A stretch of 64,000 bases of DNA from Chthoniobacteraceae bacterium (lineage in GTDB: Bacteria; Verrucomicrobiota; Verrucomicrobiia; Chthoniobacterales; Chthoniobacteraceae): positions 1 to 64,000 of the forward strand of contig JANNWY010000195.1 of the NCBI GenBank assembly GCA_031409335.1, read 5' to 3'. This document shows, piece by piece, positions 55,201 through 60,689 of the stretch; position 1 is the stretch's first letter, and each line of letters begins with the position of its first letter. Made by a program: the position numbers and the translations under genes. The notes beneath the pieces are model-generated. The model was not told the DNA's origin, ran no database searches, and saw nothing but the letters and a program-made list of their open reading frames with translations.

Positions 55201-56272
55201 CGAGCACCGCCTCGGTTTGGACCGTGCCGCCTTTGACCGTGACCATCCCCAGAACCGCCCCCACGCTGGGCCCTGCGATCGTGGCGAGAGTGCCCAGGGT
55301 CAGCGCGCCGCGCCCGAGTTTTTGAAAGCTGCCGTTGATCGGGATGTTGACCGTCGCGCTGTTTGCGCCCGTATCGATCGTCGGGACCGAGGAGGCCGGA
55401 CGGCTCAGCGTCAACACCGTTCCCGCTCCGATCTCCAGCGCGTAGCCCGAAGAGTCGAACTGCAATCCGCCGGCCGAAATGTCCGCGCCAAGCGTCACGA
55501 TTCCCCCGTTTCCACCGAAGACGGCGATGTCATGCACGTTCACGGTATTGCTCCAGGCAACATCCGTGCCCACGATTCCCCCCGGCAAATTGTCGAACCG
55601 CGCCAAGGTCGTATTCCAAGTCCCCGTGCCTCCGAGCGTCCCATTGTTAAACGCGCCATCGCCATCCCAAATCATCGGCGAAACGCCGGGTGTGGCGCTG
55701 CGGCTCGTCGCGGCGATCTCCGCGGCGGAGAAGCGCGTGCGTGCATTGGGGAACACCGAGTCCCTGCTCACCAGATAATCGTTGCCGGTGGCGTAGGCGG
55801 TGAACTTGATCTCACTGAGATTCTTATCGCTCCCTGCCAGGATCTGATTGCCTGGAGCGGAGCCCGTTCCCTCGAAAATCACCTCGAAAATATCCACGTC
55901 GCCCGGAGTGAATGTCCCGGCGCTCCCGCTGATTTGAAAGGTGTTGCCAACGAGTTCGATTACATATCCGGCCGAAAGGAACGGCTCGCGGATGTTAGAC
56001 ATGATGTTCGATAGATTGATCTCGGCGTCATCGACCTGAAAGTGGAGTTGAAACGCTTCCACCTCGGGTGGATCGACCCGCATCACCCACGTAGCGGTAC
56101 CCGTGGAGTACGAAAGCGACATCGTCGTCTTCGTGCCGCCGGTCGCGGTCGCGGCGTGGCCGCAATCTGGAGCGAGCACGATCAGCCCCATGCAGACAAG
56201 CAGCGGGGGGAGGATGGGACGCGCAAGGATCGGCTGGCGAACCAGCCCGGGGGAGGGAGGATTTTTACACAT
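49265..56272 (-). CDS. Giant PEP-CTERM protein with autotransporter-associated beta-strand repeats (~2335 aa)
   Basis: Many LTKxGxGTLTLxGxNTYTGxT repeats, no beta-barrel, and C-terminal AVPEPGSLSLLLLGALSLLRRGKR. Start 56272 chosen from the RBS GAGGCGG; alternatives are 56320 and a later ATG (MGLIVL). Confidence 0.93.
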   Translation of the reverse strand: MCKNPPSPGLVRQPILARPILPPLLVCMGLIVLAPDCGHAATATGGTKTTMSLSYSTGTATWVMRVDPPEVEAFQLHFQVDDAEINLSNIMSNIREPFLSAGYVIELVGNTFQISGSAGTFTPGDVDIFEVIFEGTGSAPGNQILAGSDKNLSEIKFTAYATGNDYLVSRDSVFPNARTRFSAAEIAATSRSATPGVSPMIWDGDGAFNNGTLGGTGTWNTTLARFDNLPGGIVGTDVAWSNTVNVHDIAVFGGNGGIVTLGADISAGGLQFDSSGYALEIGAGTVLTLSRPASSVPTIDTGANSATVNIPINGSFQKLGRGALTLGTLATIAGPSVGAVLGMVTVKGGTVQTEAVLVDAGDFALLDAYLNAPPSTNVTLAGNGAFEYRAENQTPFDAVLRLPYGALAFTAGDGNVRSTLTTSPGMGTTESGLSFTSLSASAGATGNFVPGLNGAEIFVPGTVNRILSPRLFADGANFAARDAGGFVRALSYGTDANTVATNSLTPGNHVNLNFAFVPVFNSTSWRTLRLGGNTTFGLTAGATLTLTEGGLLKAGGASTIFGGAGSGITTGGSTELIVRTDLPTDDLTISSSILSSSTGGLTKSGQGTLTLSGTNAYTGPTIVNDGKLLVTGSVSSPIALLPEATLGGTGSVSVISGGGTVSPGGNTALPGLGTGILTAVSLNATQETDFRFDVGHTGALYDPSNDLLRLTDPTTPFAVPLCATSRIAFDFQLGSLSNGLTFLGGFFTAVDSTPFLQGAAVVATLNGARVPDGFGVTLNKMVPTSINFGAGLVGGFAAEFRVISPKVLNVNNGPWATGGNWFTPGIPAITDNAVIAATGTIDINGASLGGSTEVQDISFTGTANTTLTNASGTTNMILSLNGGRGTGIPLIKTNANVVSTIAGTGAGGRTLALSLKTSGEIRVEGSSQLNISTIVQESGGAFGLTKTGTGILTMSGANTFTGAMTLNSGTVAVPTVANNGTASPLGDGSSLVFNGGTLEFTGASGTTNRVVTLTGDGTVAIPSISNTLTLTGAISGSGSLIKTGAGTLVLTGVNSYTGPTLILTRSLMASSPGGSALPGNVTLGSSLGDNAFLRMGAANQFGPTSVLTFNHGNAAAKFELLGSNQTVAGLSSDADDVASIIQNEENGNPTLATLTINNTGDHIFNGIIRSFSGGGGAALNLVKNGSGTQEIRNTFADTLNFGTATINAGKLTFNLSGVTGSLGAGTTIFVNAGGQLGLDGTWTMNRPITGAGSVMKLGTGTVTIAGTADNTYTGATTVNAGTLVLNKPQGGGANNFGGAISGALTVSSSATVRLSASSQINDAAVVTLNGGTLDLNGQSETVGGLAVNGGNVIGSASGFLGLFGHVTADASTNSTIAARVNLAVSSPGAARNFTVATGGTLTVSGTVEDGFTGNAANLVKAGAGTLTLAGMNTFTGGVNIMVGTLAAAGGGDQTGRLGQGAVTVNASTTLRSDIGDSFGFFGGAPSVINVLGGTVTTGGAGNFRTTVPSLNLTGGTVTSAGGNTGDGSSGVYSINSGSTVTTNASVTTSTINAPSFGLQSPIVFTVADGSAATDLLVSSALTNVTYGGAAGGVTKAGTGTMTLSGANTYTGATTVNAGTLVLSGSLPNNSAINVNGGTFLVNGSVGAGSLTTVIVGGTVAGTGTINGTLSAAASSIVRVGDIGAGTLTVGTLSFGGAAASPSNVALASTGSVLSRLNVTTMGGLAANGGANSVRLNLSGSTLALGLQVLIDYTGAIGGGGFGGFLLGTLPPRTAAALVNNAGNTSIDLNVTAVDSPVWSGALGSAWSTAVLGPPKNWVLASNNGITTDFLTSDSVLFSDFATTTAVAINGADVTPALIRFNNTTKNYTVTGSNGIAGFLPFTKDGTGTVTLSTTNSFTGPMTLNFGTLSIPTIADGGSPSALGAGSNITFNGGTLQFTGASGSTNRALTLTGAGTISTTTALTLGGQIAGIGGLTKAGTGTLTLTGVNTFTGTTTLSQGNLVLGSAGGTALPGNVTLGTGVQAGIFLIMGAPNQFGPTSVVTFNNGPSRDNKFELRGFNQTVAGIQSDADDTLSIIQNQESGAPPTATLTINNTSNFIFNGLIRTRVGGPLNLVKTGLGTQEIRNVAAAPHAFGTATISAGKLTFNLSGATGTLAATTSVSIAAGATLGLDGTWNMNRDISGAGTVVKQGAGAVTISGAQSYATLQTLAGTTTLTSSLPGATINNTGGILNLNANATNSTVNVSAVTNFGASQTLTALNIGVGAVATLVAAGPSPADDGGGDMNNAGVLDLPEDFLSGEGVLLPAGPAVPEPGSLSLLLLGALSLLRRGKREPLT

Positions 56273-56323
56273 AGCTTTATCGACCGCCTCGCCTTTCGTC
56301 ACGAAAGACGAATTACACATGGG

Positions 56324-56352
56324 ATTGCGACCACTTCGCTACGAATTGTCAA
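56324..56352 (-). promoter_or_regulatory. Putative promoter TTGACA-N17-CGCAAT
   Basis: Perfect -35 hexamer and 17-bp spacer upstream of the giant PEP-CTERM gene. Confidence 0.45.
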
Positions 56353-56518
56353 TCACGGAATTCGCATATTTTCAGCAGCTCACTCACAAACAACGGACGT
56401 GTTTGCGAAGATGCCGCGCGCTGGTCTCCCGAAACGAATTGTGGCGGCTGGATTTGCCGGATTTCGGACGCGCCGCCTCCGCTCGGGCGGGTGTTTTCCA
56501 ATCGATCAACTCAATCGC

Positions 56519-56548
56519 CCCCTTCGGCAAGCTCAGGGCCTTCGGCAA
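56519..56548. repeat. Short REP-like remnant CCCTTCGGCAAGCTCAGGG with a partial tandem copy
   Basis: ccttcggcaa occurs twice around gctcaggg; resembles the widespread CCCTTCGACAAGCTCAGGG intergenic repeat (from recall). Confidence 0.45.
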
Positions 56549-56551
56549 ATC

Positions 56552-59068
56552 TCAAAATCTCTGCCTCACCCGCCGCAGCAATCCGAGCGTTCCCAACAGC
56601 AGCAGACTCAGCGTGCCCGGCTCCGGAACGATGCGGATTTGCAGCGCGCGACCGGCGACCGGGCCTGCGCCAAAGTCGGCGATCTGGGGGATCATTTGGT
56701 CGAACACGATGCCGAAGTCGCCAGGCATCGGGGTGCCGTTGAATGTGGAAACATAGGCGGCGTCGCGGACGTAATCCGAAAAATCGGTGAGTGAATCGGT
56801 GAAGAAGCCCACGATGAAGAGGTCGCCGAGCGTAAGGAACGGCACGCCGAGATCGAAGAGCAGCCGGTTCGTGGCGCACAGGCCCGTGGTGAATGGAGTG
56901 GCGCCCGTGAGGTGCAACACATCGTTCCCGCTGGCGGAAGCGAAGAGGTAGTCCGGCCCGAACTGGCTGACCTCGAAGTGGAAACCCATGTCGAGCGAGG
57001 GATCGACGGAGGTCGCGGTGAGAATGCCCGCGCTCGCGCCGGGCGAGACGGTGCCCGCGCCGGAGAGCGCGCCCACCGTTCCAGTCCCACCGAGCGTCGC
57101 GCTGCCACTGAGGTTGACCGCGGAGGAGGTCGCGATCGAGCCGTTGACGATCAACGTGCCTTCCAGCACGTCGGTGGGGCCGGTGAAGGTATTGGTGCCC
57201 GTGAGAGTCAGCGTGCCCGCACCGGATTTCAGCAGGCCAGCGGTGTTGAAGATCGGACTCGCGATGGTGAGCGCATCGGCGACGGTGTCGGTGCGGACGA
57301 CGAGCGTGGGACCGGCGGTGGTGAGTCCGCCAGTCAAGTTGCCGGGAGCGTGACTAATCATTCCCGGTGCGCCGCCGCCGGATTTGATCAAGCCGCCTTC
57401 CGAGAGCGTGAGCGTTTGGTCCGCGCCAAATGTGCCTCCCGCGGCGTTGCCGCCGAGATTCAAGGTGCGGAACGAAAAGCCGGGGAGTGTGCCGGGCGCG
57501 GGGCCGGTGATTTTCACATGCGTGTTGGGAGCGGCCGTGTCGATCGGGGAAGTGTTCGCGTCACTGCCATAATTAAGCGCCCTCACAAATCTCTCGAAGG
57601 CACCGGCACCGGGATTGACTGCGGCGTAATCGGCGCCGTTAAAAAAGAGCGTCGGGCTCAAAAGCTGGGCGGTTGGAGGACTGACGACGAAAAAGATGCC
57701 CGTACTAAGTGCGTTGGCGACCACGAAATTTCCCGTCGCAACACCGCTCGGAACGACCAGTGAATTAAAGACGAGGAAGGTGGCTCCGAAGCCGCCGGAG
57801 ACGATTTCCACCGTGCCGTCACCCGAGCCAAAGGTCAGCGCGCCAACGTTCTCAGCACGTAAATCGGTGCTTCCGTTGAGATACCGCAGCGTGCCCTTTC
57901 CCGTAAAGAGGATCGCGGAGTTATCGCTCAACTGATTTTGCCCGCCCGGAAAGACATTGGTCGCGTCGAGTGCCACGGTGCCGCCTTTAATCGTGGTCGC
58001 GCCCGTGTAGGTGTTTGCGCCACCGAGGGTGAGCGTGCCTTTGCCGATTTTTTGGAGTCCGCTGGAACCCACGATCGGCGAGTTGATCGTCGCATCGTTT
58101 CCGCCGGTATCGATCGTCCCCGCCGCACCGCCGGGCTTGCTAAGATTGAGGCTGCCGCCTTGGAAAGTGTAACCCGGCATGTCAAAGCGCAGTCCTCCCG
58201 CCGAGATCGGCTCCGCGAGCGTGACGATCCCCGTGCCCGGATTGCCGCCGAAGATCGCCTCGTCGTTGACGTTGATTGAGTTGCCCCAGAAGACGTTCGG
58301 AAACTCCTGCACCGGCCCCAAAACGTTAGTGTTCAGGTTGTCCCAACTGACGCCCGTCGTATTCCAAGTCCCCGGCCCGCCCATCGTCCCGTTGTCGTTC
58401 ACGGCATCGGGATCCCAGACCATGGGATTCACCCCCGGCGTGACAGTGCGGCTGGTTGTGCCGATCTCCGCCGCAGTGATTCTCCTCGACACGGATCCCG
58501 GCACGTTTGGATCCCGCGCCATGATGAAATCGTTGCCTTTGGCAAACATGGTGAACTTGATCTGGTCGAGCGGCTTGTTGTTTCCCGTCCCGACCGCTCC
58601 CAAGCCGCCACCCGCCGGAGCGGGTGCCGGAGAAGGCGGAATAGGCGGAGTCGCGGTAAATCGCCCCTCAAAAATGTCCACATCGCCAGGGGTGAGCGAG
58701 AGCGCCGTCCCGGACACTTGATACCCGTTGGCTCCGTCCGGCACCACGGAAATCATCATGAACGGATTCCGCCCATCGACACCCATCTCCGGCGAGAAAG
58801 TGAGGTCCGGCACGGCTTCGCCCGGATCGAACTGGATGTGGAGTTGGAAAGATTCCACATCCTCGGGATCGCAGCGCATGACCCACTTGGAGCCCGTTGC
58901 GTAATACTTGAGCGACATCGTGGTCGTCGTGCCGCCGGTCGCGGTCGCGGCCTGACTGGCTTCAGGGAGGACAGCAAGCCACCCGAGACCAGCCAGCATC
59001 GGCAGGATTAGTGTGCGTACGAGGATTGACCGGGAAACCGGCCAGTGGGGGGAGTGGCTAGAGTTCAT
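56552..59068 (-). CDS. PEP-CTERM protein with autotransporter-associated beta-strand repeats (838 aa); paralog of the N-terminal third of the giant protein
   Basis: RBS GAGGT, signal peptide (ASQA-AT), LQKIGKGTLTLGGANTYTGATT, TVSPGASAGILT and IVPEPGTLSLLLLGTLGLLRRVRQRF. Confidence 0.93.
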   Translation of the reverse strand: MNSSHSPHWPVSRSILVRTLILPMLAGLGWLAVLPEASQAATATGGTTTTMSLKYYATGSKWVMRCDPEDVESFQLHIQFDPGEAVPDLTFSPEMGVDGRNPFMMISVVPDGANGYQVSGTALSLTPGDVDIFEGRFTATPPIPPSPAPAPAGGGLGAVGTGNNKPLDQIKFTMFAKGNDFIMARDPNVPGSVSRRITAAEIGTTSRTVTPGVNPMVWDPDAVNDNGTMGGPGTWNTTGVSWDNLNTNVLGPVQEFPNVFWGNSINVNDEAIFGGNPGTGIVTLAEPISAGGLRFDMPGYTFQGGSLNLSKPGGAAGTIDTGGNDATINSPIVGSSGLQKIGKGTLTLGGANTYTGATTIKGGTVALDATNVFPGGQNQLSDNSAILFTGKGTLRYLNGSTDLRAENVGALTFGSGDGTVEIVSGGFGATFLVFNSLVVPSGVATGNFVVANALSTGIFFVVSPPTAQLLSPTLFFNGADYAAVNPGAGAFERFVRALNYGSDANTSPIDTAAPNTHVKITGPAPGTLPGFSFRTLNLGGNAAGGTFGADQTLTLSEGGLIKSGGGAPGMISHAPGNLTGGLTTAGPTLVVRTDTVADALTIASPIFNTAGLLKSGAGTLTLTGTNTFTGPTDVLEGTLIVNGSIATSSAVNLSGSATLGGTGTVGALSGAGTVSPGASAGILTATSVDPSLDMGFHFEVSQFGPDYLFASASGNDVLHLTGATPFTTGLCATNRLLFDLGVPFLTLGDLFIVGFFTDSLTDFSDYVRDAAYVSTFNGTPMPGDFGIVFDQMIPQIADFGAGPVAGRALQIRIVPEPGTLSLLLLGTLGLLRRVRQRF

Positions 59069-59115
59069 AAATGACCTCGTCGGCCCCGTTAATGGACAGC
59101 CGAAGGGATGGATAG

Positions 59116-59143
59116 ATGGCGCGCATGGCCGACTACTTGTCAA
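59116..59143 (-). promoter_or_regulatory. Putative promoter TTGACA-N16-CGCCAT
   Basis: Perfect -35 hexamer about 70 bp upstream of ATG 59068; its -10-position hexamer resembles those of the two other island promoters. Confidence 0.4.
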
Positions 59144-59399
59144 GGGTTCATTTCGCCCGAATGGCTCAGTGCTCAGCCATCTTCCGAGCCTTTAATACGT
59201 TACGCGTTTCCGGCACGCTGGCAGCCCGTGCTACGGCGCGATTGCCGACGTTTGATCCAAAACTCCGCGATGGGGTTGACCGCGGATTCCGATCCCGATC
59301 TCAGGTTCAAAAAGTAAAAGCTCGCAGCCGCCGAGAGTCCGCAAAACTTCGGCATCGGCAGCAGATCGCGGCGATCCTGCCGAAACTTGGAAAGGCGTG

Positions 59400-59439
59400 C
59401 GCGGCTAGTAAACCCCTTCGACGATCTTGTTCTCCATCG
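59400..59439. repeat. Direct repeat, right copy: 3' end of the EhpF-like gene
   Basis: cgcggctagtaaaccccttcgacgatcttgttctccatcg, 38/40 identical to 20986-21025. Confidence 0.92.
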
Positions 59440-60472
59440 CGCCGAACGGACGCACTTCGGCGACGCCGTCCCACGCATACGGTGCGCGGGGTTTGCGGCG
59501 GAGGGCTTCGTCCCGCTCGAGGAAGCGGGGCATGAAAAACTCTTTCGTGAGCGTGGTCAGCTCGACCCGGCCCCAGGTGTCGTATGGGACCGTATTCGTC
59601 GTATCTTTCGGATCGACCACGCGCAGCACGGCGCGCGGTTGCGGGGCGTAGTAGGTGATCGAGAAATTGTCCTCCGGCAAAAGCGGGACGCTGGCGGCTA
59701 GGCCCATGAGCGTGTTGCCGTAGGTCGGGTAGAAACCGATGCGGCCTTCCAGCACTTCCTCGACGATGAAACGCACGTATTGCGGGAGCATCGTGGTGCC
59801 GCCGCAGAAGACGCCGCGAATGCCAGCCTCGTAGATGTCCACCTTCTCTGCGAGTGCTTCGAGCAGCTTTGGCGTGGTGAAGAGGCCGCTGACTTTGCGG
59901 TGCTTCAGGATCACCGCGGCCTGATCGGCGACGTGTTCCATGTATTGTTTCGCCACGTCGAATTGCTTCGCGGAAATCAGCTTTTTCACGAAGCGTGGGT
60001 CGAGGTCGATGAAGTAACACGACGATCCGCGGACGTGCGCGAGGTGCTCGATCGCGAGCCGCAGACGGCGCGGCCCGGTCGGTCCCATCATCAGCCAGGC
60101 ACCGCCGCGCGGGAAATGTTCGTCGGAAATTTTTTCGCTGAACTCGCTGTAATCCACTTTGTAGTCGGTCCAGCCGATGCGCTGTTTCGGCATCCCGGTC
60201 GTGCCCCCGGTCTCGAAAATGTTAAACGGTTTGCCTTTGAACTCCGCGGGCACCCACACTTCCGGCTGCAAGTCGCGCAGCCATTCATCCTCGAAATGCG
60301 GGAATTTTTTCACGTCGTCGATCGTCTTGATCTCCGCGTGCGGATCGAAGTTTTTCTTTGCCCAATCGAGCCAGAACGGGCAGCCGGTTTCCGGCGAGAA
60401 ATGCCACGCGATGATCTCGCGCAGGTGGGTGTCGAGTTGAGCTTGGGCCTGTTCGGAAGTGAGTTGGGTCAT
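59405..60472 (-). CDS. EhpF-like (ANL / acyl-adenylate-forming superfamily) protein, 355 aa
   Basis: WHFSPETGCPFWL, phosphate-binding loop FETGGTTGMPK, IDLDPRFVKK, TTPKLLE, YGNTLMG and ERD resemble the phenazine-modifying EhpF family. No phenazine genes are in the window. Confidence 0.7.
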   Translation of the reverse strand: MTQLTSEQAQAQLDTHLREIIAWHFSPETGCPFWLDWAKKNFDPHAEIKTIDDVKKFPHFEDEWLRDLQPEVWVPAEFKGKPFNIFETGGTTGMPKQRIGWTDYKVDYSEFSEKISDEHFPRGGAWLMMGPTGPRRLRLAIEHLAHVRGSSCYFIDLDPRFVKKLISAKQFDVAKQYMEHVADQAAVILKHRKVSGLFTTPKLLEALAEKVDIYEAGIRGVFCGGTTMLPQYVRFIVEEVLEGRIGFYPTYGNTLMGLAASVPLLPEDNFSITYYAPQPRAVLRVVDPKDTTNTVPYDTWGRVELTTLTKEFFMPRFLERDEALRRKPRAPYAWDGVAEVRPFGAMENKIVEGVY

Positions 60473-60582
60473 GTGCGGGAAAAATACGTAAGCCAACGCA
60501 TATCGGGACGCGGCCCCGGCGCAAATGGCAAACTCTCGGCTTTTGCCGCCAAAGCGACGACCATCTGCGCCAGTGAATAGCC

Positions 60583-60603
60583 TGTGAATAACTCTGTGGA
60601 ATG
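60583..60603. promoter_or_regulatory. DnaA-box-like pair in the divergent intergenic region
   Basis: TGTGAATAA (reverse complement TTATTCACA) at 60583-60591 followed by a degenerate TGTGGAATG. Confidence 0.3.
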
Positions 60604-60689
60604 GCTTGAACTTTCAGCAGGGCGACGGATTGAATATGGCTTCCCTCATTTTTGCGGTGAATGAGGCCGTACTAAACCGAACTGTGACT

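Larger units (their letters stand above)
20986..59439. mobile_element. Putative ~38-kb genomic island or insertion hotspot bounded by att-like direct repeats; no integrase seen
   Basis: Flanking 40-bp direct repeats derive from a CDS 3' end, and the cargo is accessory (TA pair, Uma2, pseudogenes, secretion and adhesin genes). Confidence 0.55.

Noticed and set aside
49265..59068. Classical type Va autotransporters
   Set aside because: They carry passenger-associated repeats but end in VPEP-TM-basic sorting signals, with no C-terminal beta-barrel.
59144..59399. Integrase remnant, tRNA or structured ncRNA next to the right repeat; sigma-54 promoter
   Set aside because: No recognisable recombinase motifs, cloverleaf or TGGCAC-N5-TTGC match by eye; an Infernal/Rfam scan would be needed to exclude an ncRNA.
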